DNA of 64,000 bases from Octopus sinensis (Eukaryota). Numbering within the stretch: the stretch's first letter is position 1; the number at the start of each line of letters is the position of its first letter. The DNA lies in assembly GCF_006345805.1 (NCBI RefSeq), contig NC_043002.1, positions 14,570,001-14,634,000 of the forward strand. The letters run 5' to 3'. This document shows, one piece after another, positions 27,206 through 39,613 of the stretch. Below the pieces are notes generated by a model that searched no databases, was not told the DNA's origin, and saw only the letters and a program-made list of their open reading frames with translations. The translations under genes and the position numbers were made by a program.

Positions 27206-28807
27206 ATGGGAATTTTACTGATGGGAAAAGGAAAAATGTTTCAGCTACAAAACATAGAATAAAGCGAAGTTCATTTTTATGTTCGTTTATAAATATACAA
27301 ATTATTCTTACGGGGTGGTACTGAAAAGTTACTGGCTTTAAGGGTATCATGAAACACAGCTGCAAAATGTGTGTGAAGCTGACTTTGGAATATACTGATT
27401 AAAATCGTAACTGATCCTACTACAATTTTACCTAAAGCGAGGAACATTTCAGCACAGCCTAGTATATACCAAATAGATGTGTATGACACTTTCCAGGTAG
27501 TTGAGCTCTTCCAGAGTAAAGATGGGTGTAAATAATATATTTACAAGAGCGAAGCCAACTGTATAAGCTAATTTCATTTGGTGGAAATAACGCAAAAACA
27601 CATTCTAGAGTCGTGAAAGTTACGCACACAGCTTCTTTTGGATTTCACAAATTATATGAAGAAGAAAACACTTAATCAGATACACCATCATCAATTCGCA
27701 CGTATTGTTTAGAAACGAACTAGTTTAGAAATTATTATATGATTAGAAAATAGATAAACAAACAAAAAATGAAATACACAATGAAAGTGGGAAATCATGA
27801 AATAATTACATTGAGAATTAATTTTAACTACTTAAATAGACACAGAATCACCTGTGTCTAGTTACCCTTTACTTTAAACGAATGCAATGGAATGCGTTTA
27901 ATTTTAATTAATAAAATCCATTGGGGGTCTAAAGATATTTTAATTCTTTGTGTTGTACTTTTTAACTAATGTGTGTCCTGATGTACTTGCTACTAAACAT
28001 CATCAGGTTAAACATCAGATTTCCGATGTGTTTGTTTTATTATATATTTTTCCTTTTAATTCAGCTTTTCTTTGTCATGCGTTTGTAAGAGACATCACAT
28101 GGTTTCTATAGAATGGGAAATATTTCATATACCTCATTATACGAACAGAAATTCTTGCAAAGTTAATGTATTTGTGAGTGGCGGGAAAGGGATGGTGGAA
28201 AAAAGCGTATATATTCACACACACACACAACAGGTATGCGTCTATGTAGAAGTATATTTATGTGCGTGTTTGTTATCTTTATTGTGAATGTAAAGTGGCC
28301 GACTTATTGGCTTGCATGTGTGTCTGCGTTTGTGTGTACGTGACTACAATTTATGACTTGTCCCTACTTAACACGCTTTTTTTTTTATGATCGTCGTCTT
28401 ATTGTGCCAACACAAAGAACTCACACATTTATCTGCTGGACACAATTTACAAACTCAAATATTTTTACTCATTCCTTCTGCATTTCCCCCTTTATTCATT
28501 TCATTCATTCTTGTGTCTTTATCTCATATCTTTTTTCTATCATCTCTATTTCTTTTCTTTTAAATATCAGCTCCTGCTTTTCTATGTACCTCCTTTATTC
28601 TTTCCCTACTATTTCTTTGTAATAATTACTGTTATCAGCTTTTCAGGACACCCAAAACTCATGTTTGTGTGTATGATATTGCCATTCTCCTGCATTCACT
28701 TTGTGATTTCGAATCCATAGATTTTCTGCTTTTAACAGTTAGCAAAATATCTCCTAACTTACCCTTACATTACAGACTATCAAACAATTCAAATATTCCA
28801 AGAAATC

Positions 28808-29832
28808 GTTCTGAAGGATAAATTGTAAAGTTTCAATAATAAAAAATCTATGGAAGAGAAGCAATAAAATTTTGGCTGGAAAAGTACCACGAAGAACTAC
28901 CGGAACGTATAAACCTGGTTTTATTACATAATTCAACTCACTGCTTTAGCTTATTAGTTTTTGCATGTCTAAGAGATCGTCAAACCGCAGTCAAATCCTT
29001 AAAATAAGAATCCAATTGAAGAGATCAAATTCGTATGTGCACACGAGTATGCCTTTTATCTATTGCATTACGGGTATTAGACACTACGGCCATGCTAGGG
29101 CATCGTCTTGAAGCATTATGCTTAGAATCAATGAATCGATTCCAGTACTTATTTATTTAAGATCCTGGTACTTATTCTATTGTTCAATTTTGCGGGCCGC
29201 TAAGTTGCCGGGAAGAAAACACACTAACGCCGGTTATTAAGCGGTCGTAGGGGCCAAACGCAGATTTCCTTAAAAACGTCTTCGGTCAACCTGAGGGGAC
29301 GTAAGGGGCCACGCAGTGGGATTGAACTCAGAACCAAGTGACTGTCAGGCAAGCTCCCAGCAACACAGCTACGTATGCTCCTTGATATATATATATATAT
29401 ATATAAGAAGGAAAATACACACAGTTTACATAATTTGAATGAAAGGGTATCGTGGCTGTCGACCAGTTTCACTTTTGCTAATCATGACATTAAAATTATT
29501 GTAAGTCATATTTTCTTAAGAAGATTTTAGTCCAGAGTTTTGTATGAAAGTTTGTGATTAAATCAAAAAGTAAAAAAATCTAAGGGGAGGTAATTGGTGA
29601 TAGATGTTACTCGAGACAGGGGAGGTAATTGCTCATTTTTGGGGTGGGATAAATAGACATACAAAAATTAATAAGCTAAAGTAGTGAGATGGAATTATGT
29701 AATAAAACCTGGTATATGCGTCCAGAAGTTCTTCGTCGTACTTTCATTGATTCTATTACATAGTCATGGAAGAACCTCAGAGAACCCAGGTTTTTTTTTA
29801 TTATTGAAACTTTACAATTTATCCAGCAGAAC
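28808..29832. repeat. Diverged inverted repeat pair (28808-28970 / 29655-29832)
   Basis: caaaaa(c/t)taataagctaaag...aattatgtaataaaacc...ttattattgaaactttacaatttatcc present in opposite orientations. Confidence 0.8.
29083..29382 (-). mobile_element. Diverged SINE family 1
   Basis: ccacgcagtgggattgaactcagaacc and ggccatgct blocks. Confidence 0.75.
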
Positions 29833-30578
29833 AACTATTTCCTATTTGATGACATCTACTATCGACAAAAATTTGGAATTACGATGACAAAGAAGAAGCC
29901 CCTGCTCTTGCGAACCTATTAATGATATATTTTGAATTCACCATATATGAAATATCGCTGCAAAAATATGGATATCCATTTCGCCATTATTTTAGAGAGA
30001 ACTGGAAAATATATCTGGATGTCTGTTTTATGATTTGGAATGAGACCATAAATAAACTTTTGGAATTTAAATCAAATTAAATAGTATAGGCCCTAACATT
30101 CACTTTAAAATGGAATATAGCAAAAATACCTCCAAACAGCGATGTCTGAGATTCCTAATAGACGGCGACACTGGATGACCCGGTGTTTTCACACCCTTTT
30201 ACCATAAGTAGATTCATTATCTGCGGTAACTGCAGAGTATTTGCCTTTCATCAATTCAAACGTGTCTCAAACATACTTCAACCAACCTTATGCATAAACT
30301 CTCCTTCGCGCTTCCTTGTTTACCTCGAATGGAAATTTTATTGACGTAAATCAGTCAATGTATTGACTTGATTATGCATAAAGTTATAGCTTTCTAAGTT
30401 CCTTCTGATTTGCCTGCATGAGGTGCATCTTTTAGCAGTTGAAATGTGTCACAAATATATTTCAACTACAGTTCTATATTTAAGAGATGAGGAATTATGT
30501 ACATTTTTCATAATAATAATAATATTAATAATAATAATGATAATAATAATAATAATAATAATAATGATAATAATAATA

Positions 30579-30969
30579 GATCAGAGATCATGAAGAAAAA
30601 AAATGCTTTCTAATTGATGTATCAATACCGGCAGATGACAACGTGTCTCTAAAAGAAATGGAGAAACTCTCAAAATACAAAGACCTGGAAATAGAGGTAA
30701 CTAGAAAGTGGAACCTGAAAATTCCTATCATAGTAGGTGCATTAGGCATGATAAAAAAGTACTCAGACAAATACATAACAAAAACACCAGGACTTACAAA
30801 CACATATAACATACATAAAATTGCACTACTAGGCACTGCACACATCCTACGCAAACACTTTCCTTACAATAACCATCAGAGCATCACAACAAATCACAGC
30901 ACATACCCAAGGCACACAGAGCTGCGCTCGGTAGTGAAGTGAAAGCACGCTATAAAAATAAAACTACTG
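30579..30969 (+). mobile_element. 3' fragment of an R4/Dong-clade non-LTR retrotransposon embedded in (TAA)n
   Basis: DHEEKKCFLIDVSIPADDNVSLKEMEKLSKYKDLEIEV...IPIIVGALGMI...IALLGTAHILRK (restriction-like endonuclease C-terminus); (TAA)n at ~30510-30578 and ~30970-31068. Confidence 0.9.
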
Positions 30970-30999
30970 AATAATAATAATAATAATAATAAAATAATA

Positions 31000-31040
<41 letters not shown>

Positions 31041-31214
31041 TATAATAATAATAATAATAATAATAATTATTGTGATGCATGTGCCTGGTGTACCTTTATC
31101 AGACGGGTAGTCATGATGGGTATATTGGGCTTCGTATATTTTACCCCAGTGTCACTTTGATGGCATGAACTGCTCTCTCACTCAATAATATAATATATAA
31201 TAATAATAATAATA

Positions 31215-31256
<42 letters not shown>

Positions 31257-31269
31257 TAATAATAATAAT

Positions 31270-31400
31270 AATAACATCGAAAAGTACCTTAGGAATAAGA
31301 ACCCAGGTTCGAGATTTCTCCAAGACACCCGAAGAAGGCTGGAGGGTATTTCAGCCGAAACGTGGTGTTAACAAATATCCGTCGAATGTAAATAATGTAA
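31270..31400 (+). repeat. PLE-like terminal repeat with inactivated hammerhead-like motif
   Basis: ACAC-CCGAAGA-A-GGCTG-gagggtattt-CAGCC-GAAA-CG-TG-GTGT at 31325-31368. Confidence 0.6.
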
Positions 31401-32480
31401 ATAATGTATATTTCAACTAATGTAAATTCTGCTCACACACACACATACCACACACACACACACACACACACAACACATATGCTTCCCTACACTTACAGCT
31501 GTATATGTATTTATCAGTGTGTATATTCGTGTTGGTCACTCATCAAGAAATTCAGCTATTACGACTTGCAGTACTATATACAGTATATTAATAATTTTTA
31601 TTGCATAATCATGATTTACGTAATATCGAGAAATTATAACGCAAAGGTCAAACTATTTCTACGTCGTTGAAACTAACATTTCGCTAAAGATGTATCTATT
31701 CATACCAATCTATTATTCTTGATTTTACGACGTTTCATGGATTTCTGGCAGATGTATGCTAATAAATTACCATTTTTTATCAATACCAAACAGCGATTAG
31801 TCTTTTCTACACAACATTACTAAACAGTCTCTTACTTATTATTAGTTACTACATTAAGAAAGCTATATTCTTTTGTGTTGTATTTCAGTCATATAATGAA
31901 GAATAATGAGGATAAATAATGGGTTATGGTTGATTGAGTTGGTATTACGAAATGTTATCGATTGAAACGATTTGGTGGACGTTATACGGTTGATTGCCTT
32001 GAATTTCTAATACTGAGTATTCTTCTTGTAAATGTTGGCATTAACCGCAAATATTAAAAATTACAGGACAGTACGTGGTTAGGTTTTGAAATATGAATCT
32101 TATTCCACGATTTAGTTTTCTTTACATTTGTTGCAGACAGTTTCATGAATATATCTCATTACAATTTGTAAATATAAGTCACATTTTGGCTAGAAAGCCT
32201 GCTTTCCAACCACTTGGTTTCGGATTCTGTCCCACTACAGGACACCTTAGGCATATGATTTGTACAGTATCTTCTCGCCGATTAATAATTTGCGTGTGAA
32301 TTGCAGGGACAGAAACTGTGGGGAAGCCCATTGTATCTATCTATATATTTTGAATCTCTATCTTTCTATCTGTCTCTCTGCCCTTCTCTCTCTCTCTATA
32401 TATATATATAATATCACATAATATATATATATAATAATATATAATATTATATATATATATATATATATGTATAATATATA

Positions 32481-32521
<41 letters not shown>

Positions 32522-32574
32522 GTATATATATATATATATATATGAGTCGCAATGATAGATCGTTGACCACCACA

Positions 32575-32767
32575 CACATTTTTTTCCCTCCTTTTTTTCC
32601 TATTCTTGTTTCTCTCCTTGTTTTTTCTGTGTCCATTTTCTGTAGAAGAGCGTAGGCCCGAAACGTAAAAGGCTTTTTCTATTCTTGAGCGTTATACTAA
32701 TCCATCTGTTTGTTTTGTACACCACCTGTTTTCATCTTCTGTTTTTATTTTGTGTGTAAACTCTCCC

Positions 32768-32770
<3 letters not shown>
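32575..32770 (+). repeat. Dispersed PLE-like terminal repeat with hammerhead-like motif
   Basis: tttt-CTGTAGA-A-GAGC-gtag-GCCC-GAAA-CG-TA-aaag at 32636-32671; same family as 13870 and 49540. Confidence 0.65.
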
Positions 32771-32822
<52 letters not shown>

Positions 32823-33345
32823 GTGTGAAGGAGTATCGGCAAGATAAAGCAGCAGTGGCGTTAACTAGATCACATCGAACGGAGAAAGGCGCCTGATTCA
32901 AATCAGTCGGTCAAAAGGGTAAGCCGAAAAGTTTGTGATGCATACATATGTGCACGAGAACAATCGATTGGAAAATACTCATTTTAGAAATATAGTTGTA
33001 TGTGTATATTTCTGAGTTTGCAATGTGCAGATGTAAGCGTTGAATTTCGTAAGTATGATGATGAGTACGTCAGCATAGGCGCTCATGTTTATTACTGTGC
33101 AACCAAATATTGTTCAGGAATGAAATTGCGTCTATGTGAGTATAGGAGAACTTTAGTCAACAGTGTATATGTATGGGTGAAATATGGTGGAAGGGAGGTG
33201 TGTATGTGAGTGGGAGCTTTGTTTGTGTTATATATACATATATATACATATATATATGTATATGTATATATATATGTAAATAAATATCTTATGTATGCAT
33301 GTATATGCACATATACATACAGACATACACACACACACACCACAC

Positions 33346-33376
<31 letters not shown>

Positions 33377-33616
33377 CTATATATATATATATATATATAT
33401 ATTATTATGTGAAATAGAAAAAGATGAATAATCTTGTAGTAGATTAATCAAAAGTTTAACCGATACCTTAGTAGCAAAAATCACAGCAGTGAACAGCACG
33501 GTTGGAGGTACAACCATCTGGCTTGCAACCGTGCGTTGGTGCGGATAATTGAAATTAAAACATTATTGGTGAATTGAAGAAATGGAGCTGAACGCAGATG
33601 AACAGAAATCGTTTTA

Positions 33617-33705
33617 TTTCATTCTACACGTGTTTCGAAAGCACAAATTACCAAAATCCGAATGAATAATGGGACCATATTGTGTCTTTCTCTTCAGGAA
33701 GAAAA
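33617..33705 (-). ncRNA. Minimal type-I hammerhead ribozyme motif (left, inverted pLTR)
   Basis: Minus strand ttttcttc-CTGAAGA-GAAAGACACAA-loop-TTGTGCTTTC-GAAA-CACGTG-TA-gaatgaaa. Confidence 0.8.
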
Positions 33706-34509
33706 AAGAAATCCGTTGGAAAACAAAAACAGAACAGAGGCAGAGCAAAAAAACAAATCGAACTGTTGCTCCTAAGAGCCCATGGCGAAACTGTTTTATC
33801 AGTGTATGTTGAGAACCGGTGGCTGAAGAATTCAACAGGTCAGGCATCGGTCAAACATGTGGGTGAGGGTGTATAGATGTTCTTTGTGACCGAGAATAAG
33901 TTCTGACATTTAAGAATATTGGATGTTTTATAAGGGGCGAGAAAAAATCTACTTAGAGACGTGTGTGTGTGTATACTGTTCTATATATGTGTGTGTTGGC
34001 GTAGGGGTAGAAAACATTTTTTGTGTACGTGTGTGCGTTTGATCGTTCGGCTGTCAGTGGCTACTGCCGTGATAACCGTTGGGTGGCAGAACGAAAAAAA
34101 ATAAAGAAATTATATATATATATTTTATGTTTTATGTGTGTGTGTGTGTGTTCAACTAAGCCTACCTTGACAAGGAAACCCCCGCTGTGAAAAACAAGCC
34201 CCGTTTGTCTTACAGGAGTAATTTCCCTGCAGTGGCCAAATGTGACATCTTAAATCTATTTCAGGGGGATATTTATAAATAGGGGTGTTGTGGTTGATGG
34301 TAACAATGGGAGTAGGGTAGAGAGCCCCTTTAGCATCCCCAGCATCATTTCCCGCAATAGCAGTAACCACGGGCAGTAGCAGTGACAGCACTCTGATAGA
34401 TCGTGGAGAATCAGGGGTTATTCCTATAGTTAATAGTGACGTGTGGAAAATAGAGTGGTAGCGGCCTGCAGGTCTCGGAACGAATATAGTGACAGGAACG
34501 CAGTTCTAA

Positions 34510-34930
34510 TTTCAGAAACCAATCGCTAAGCAGGTAAGATTCACGTCGGCGAACTCCAAGATCAAAAACGCCGTCTACCAATGCAAGGTTTACACGGACT
34601 CAGATGCCTTCACTTATATAGGGCATCATCCTCAAGATTGTCTTGCGTGTCTCCAACCATTACGCAACTTTTCGGGACGTGAACACGCCAGACCACGGGA
34701 CTCAGTAAAGCTAATATGGCGACTGAAGGATGCGAACTTAAGCTATAGGCTGGAATGGTCATTTTGTCGGTGGCCCTCCCATTTGATAGGGGCAGAAGAC
34801 AGTGCACCTTTTGTTCTCCGAACTCTTCCATATTTTTGTTTGCCAGAGGCCGGATGGTAAACGGCTCTTACAGTCGGCTTTTCGATGCCCCCATTGGCGG
34901 CGTTTACACTTATCTGGCCTTTAAATAGCG
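34510..34930 (+). pseudogene. GIY-YIG endonuclease C-terminal domain of the PLE (frameshifted)
   Basis: NAVYQCKVYTDSDAFTYIG (34567-34623); LRVSNHYATFRDVNTPDH (34643-34696); KLIWRLKDANLSYRLEWS (34708-34761); ILSVALPFDRGRRQCTFC (34761-34814); frame 34510-34860 is stop-free but has no ATG. Confidence 0.8.
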
Positions 34931-35530
34931 TTTATAAATAAGACCGGCACCATAGCCCTTGTAACAAATTCTGAAATAGATTTTAAGATGTCTACATTTG
35001 GCCACTGCAAGGGAAATTACTCCTGTAAGACAAACGGGGCTTGTTTTTCACAGCGGGGGTTTCCTGTCAAGGTAGGCTTAGTTGAACACACACCACACAC
35101 ACATAAAACATAAATAATATATATAATTTCTTTATTTTTTTCTTTCCTGCCACCCAACGGTTATCACGGCAGTACCACTGACAGCCGAACGATCAAACGC
35201 ACACACGTACACAAAAAATGTTTTCTACCCCTACGCCAACACACACAATATAGAACAGTATACACACACACACGTCTCTAAGTAGATTTTTTCTCGCCCC
35301 TTATAAAACATCCAATATTCTTTAAATAGTCAGAACTTTATTCTCGGTCACAAAAGAACATCTATACACCCTCACCCACATGTTTGACCGATGCCTGACC
35401 TGTTGAATTCTTCAGCCACCGGTTCTCAACATACACTGATAAACAGTTTCGCCATGGGCTCTTAGGAGCACAGTTCGATTGTTTTTTGCTCTGCCTCTGT
35501 TCTGTTTTTGTTTTTCCAACGGATTTCCTT

Positions 35531-35620
35531 TTTTCTTCCTGAAGAGAAAGACACAATATGGTCCCATTATTCATTCGGATTTTGGTAATTTGTGCCTTTC
35601 GAAACACGTGTAGAATGAAA
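35531..35620 (+). ncRNA. Minimal type-I hammerhead ribozyme motif (right pLTR)
   Basis: Stem I ttttcttc/gaa(t)gaaa; CTGAAGA 35539-35545; stem II 35546-35556/35590-35600; GAAA 35601-35604; palindromic CACGTG stem III; GUA site with predicted cleavage after 35612. Confidence 0.82.
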
Positions 35621-36192
35621 TAAAACGATTTCTGTTCAATCTGCGTTCAGCTCCATTTCTTCAATTCACCAATAATGTTTTATATATATATATATATATA
35701 TATGCACGGCTGTTTTTGTAGTTGCGTTTCCAACTTCAAACCGTTTGAAGAATGCGAAACATTCTTGTTTATCTTTTTTGCATCTCCGTAACTCACCAAC
35801 ATGCAACACACATCGATAGAATATATATCATACTTAAAACTATATTATCGACGGATTTGTTTGAATAAACACTTGAAGACGATGCCTCAGAATGCTTTGC
35901 AGTCCACCTACTGATACAAAAATGATAAACCATTAAACACTCATACACACACGCACACATACACATGCGATGTTTTTATCGTTGTATATAAACATAAATG
36001 TGCAGAAATATATATATATATATGTATATATATTATATATATATAATATATATATAATATATATATATATATAATATTATATATATATATATATTATATA
36101 AAATATATATATATATATATCTATATATATATATATATAATATATATAATATATATATATGATACATATATACATATATAAATATGTGTATG

Positions 36193-36226
<34 letters not shown>

Positions 36227-36234
36227 ATATATAG

Positions 36235-36283
<49 letters not shown>

Positions 36284-39200
36284 GCGGCGTATGTACACTT
36301 TGTTCTCTTATATATAATATATATATATATATATAGATATATATATATATTATATATATACTCACACGCACACATACATCTGCAAATGTTTGTATATACG
36401 TGTGTAGGTGTGTGTGTTTGTGTTGGTCAGTTTGTGTGTGTGTGCATATGAAAATCCTAAATTACACATACGTCCTTAACACACAAATAAAGCTTCCACT
36501 CGCATGCTGATGTCCATATTTCAACCTTACATATACACTATTGACTGAAGTTCTCTTATACACACAGATGCAGCTTCATTCCTGAACCGTATTCGTTTCC
36601 ACCGTGACACACACGTGCGACTATACTGACATACACATAATGAAATACACGAAATTTAACGCTTACATCTACACTCTGCAAACTCACAAAATTTACACAT
36701 ACCCCTATATTCCTAAAATGAGTATTTCCCAATCGATTGCTCTCATGAACATATGTATCGTACTAATCACAATCACGAAGTTTTCGGCTTATCGTTTTAA
36801 CCGATAAATTTGTATCAGGCATCTTTTCCTCTCACCGATATGATCTACTTAACGCCACCGCTTGTTTAGCTTGTCGATACTCCTTCACACACATAGTATC
36901 CCTTCTGCTCTCTATACTATCCAAGCGTATCTCAATGGAGGAAAATTCTGTCCCTGCCACCTTTTTTCTTTGTACAAGCAATGTATCACCCCTGGATTTT
37001 CATCGGTTCATGTGAATTATATACTCCACAGAATTTAATCAGCTCCTCTTTCACATGTACATCTTCGTGGATTTTCGAATGATTTGCCGTTTTCTGAAAG
37101 TATTACCAAATTCTCTAAACCATTTACTGATTTCATTGCATCCATTATACTTGTACGTGTGTATGTGTCTTTATGTGAACATTTCATTAGACTAGAAACC
37201 CGTCAATATGAATGTCGTTGTCTTCGTCCGAACATACGTAGAAGACTGATTAACTAGAGATGTCATTGGACATATAAAGCTGAGTTTCTGTAAATCCTCA
37301 TTATCTCCACCTTTTTCACGAGATAATAAACCCTGTGATGTATGTTTACGGAGCACTAGCTTATTGTAGATTTCGGTGCTGGAAATCACCTCTTTGTGAA
37401 CACTTCAAATATACTTATGTTAAGTTAACAATTAAAATCATCATTACGGAATATCTGATGAAAACTAACGCTATTATGTGGCTAAGATTGATGTAAAATT
37501 TCTCTAGTTAAAGACATTGAAATTACACACACAGAGTGTAATATATGTTCTACTCAACTCCATTCTTAGGGGATGGTTTCTACTCTAGGGATACTTTCCT
37601 ACTGTAAATATGCTATGTTTTTCTTTTCAAGTTGATAATTCTATGCTAATCCTTTCCATTAATCCTCTGTATGAGTCGTTTCGAAATTCATATCATTTAC
37701 CAAGCACATATTGCTATATTTGTTGGAGCAAAGTTGCTTTCCTGCACATATATTCCACTATCACATAAACAGAATAAACTCTTAAATTCATTGAATCGCC
37801 TGATTTCTTTTCTAAAATGAGAGATGTTTTGCTGGATATATTACGCTAGAGGGGTTTATACTTCTGGAACAGGATAAATACGTTTCAAACAATTCATTAA
37901 ACTGTTCTTAGCTCTCCAGACACTCATATTTGTACATTAGATGGCATACGTATTAAGATAAGCCGGTTTATAATTCGTTTGACATTTCGGTACCAAATAC
38001 TAGCGTAAAAGACAAACTCCAAAGCAGAATATTTCCAGTTTTTGAAGTTGAAAAAGGTGAAGCCGAATCCCTTTCACGTCAAATGGAAGTCTTAGCAACC
38101 GTTCTCTTCTAGCAAACTGAGTTACATCATCATTGCACATTTCATCTGCTGCACATCCTCTTTAAAACCCATAATTATAATCATCGCCACGGGATAATTA
38201 ACAGCAATTTCCATATCATTAAGTTCCACAGTTCATTTTGTTACTGTCTAAATTAAGAAATCTTAAACATTTGAAACTATAATTTACTAGGATGAAAGGG
38301 TGTTTAATAAGAAGTTTCACCTATAATTTCCTGCAAATTTCCATATGTAATTTGCCATTTGCTTGAATGGACGTCATGTTTATCAGCACATTACTTCCAG
38401 TCTAATGTTCAATCTGCACTCACAACAATCGTTCCATTTTAAGATCTCTTCCCATCTTTGAAATCACAATATCTGAACATTTAACAGTATATTAGTCATT
38501 CCGAACTTCATCTAATTTTCTCTTTAGTGTCAGATATTTTATTCAATATACCAGGTGCAATAATGTTTGTTTTTGACGTATGACTAAAATTTTCTAACAT
38601 GTCAAATGTCCATTACAATCTCATTCCAAATTCGTTTTCCTTTACTGCTCTCCAGTTTGAGCGCCTAATTCGTGTCAATTTCGTGCCAACGTGAATGAAA
38701 TTTGTGTTGTGCACCTCACATGGTAGTTGCTAAATCGAATATTTACTGTGAGAGTTAAGAAAATCACACCAACTACTCTTACTGTAGAATACAAATAACG
38801 TCTTATGTTGTGCGTCTGCAAATGACAATTGTCTTATTAATCTGGAGACAAATAAGTGAATGATGAAAGAAAAGTTAAACCAAATTGAAGAGTAAGTAAT
38901 GTTGGATTATATTTAGTAAGACACCACTCACTGATAGTGTGTTGGAGTGAGGATGCCCCTGCAGATATAAGCTTAAAATATGGTGCAACAGTATAGGCTT
39001 AATGTGTGACGCACAGAAAGCAACGATCGACGGTGATACCGAGAGTTATTGTAGTTCTCCGAATAAAATAACTATGATTTCAGATTGTTCAAGAATTAAC
39101 ATTTTAATGCAGTTCACCGTGCCCGTAATATTTAGAGTAGCCTGAATAATATATGCTGAAGCAGTTTCTTCACGCTTATTGGTCGTATCGTAGATCAATT

Positions 39201-39373
39201 CTGTGAAACTGTGGTATGTCATTTGGGGTGCCTAGAACCAAGTGTGTAGAGGTTAGCGTTCGAACCATCGAACCACGTACAATTCAGATGGCGTGAGATG
39301 AATACAAAATAATGTGATTTGCAGAAGAACATTCTTAACGATACTGACACATATAACTAAAAATAAATGCGCC

Positions 39374-39613
39374 CTTTTAAAGCCTAGACAGGCTCATGGG
39401 CTCGGTTTCCCGGTTACCATGGCATACGTGTTCCGCAGCAGGATGGGACGCCAGTGCATCGCAGCGTTACTTATTTTTAAAAGCTGAGTGGACGGGAGCA
39501 AAGTGGAATGAAATGTTTTGCTCAAGAACGCAACGCATCGCCTGGTCCAAGAATCGAAGCCACAATCTTACGATCATGATGCTGACACCCCAACCACTAA
39601 GCCACGCACCTCC
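39374..39613 (-). mobile_element. tRNA-derived SINE with Meta/V-domain-like core
   Basis: Minus strand ggaggtgcgtggcttagtgg...cttcgattc...ctgcgatgcactggcgtcccatcc...accgggaaaccg. Confidence 0.8.

Larger units (their letters stand above)
33556..35682 (+). mobile_element. Young 5'-truncated Penelope-like element: inverted pLTR + GIY-YIG remnant + pLTR
   Basis: Arms 33556-34264 and 34971-35682 are reverse complements differing almost only by short indels; the 706-bp spacer encodes GIY-YIG motifs on +; each arm carries a hammerhead followed by AATAAA; right end abuts (TA)n. Confidence 0.88.

Noticed and set aside
34152-34831. Minus-strand ORFs in the PLE spacer (79 aa and 73 aa) with an upstream TATA-like motif
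   Set aside because: They are antisense shadows of the plus-strand GIY-YIG frame and have no recognisable motifs.
33556-35682. Alternative reading as a Polinton, densovirus or DIRS element with long ITRs
   Set aside because: There are no integrase, polB, capsid or tyrosine recombinase motifs; GIY-YIG plus hammerhead fits a PLE.
36600-39300. Unique-looking sequence with short ORFs (e.g. 37192-37389)
   Set aside because: No recognisable domain or convincing splice-site pair; may be ancient repeat decay.
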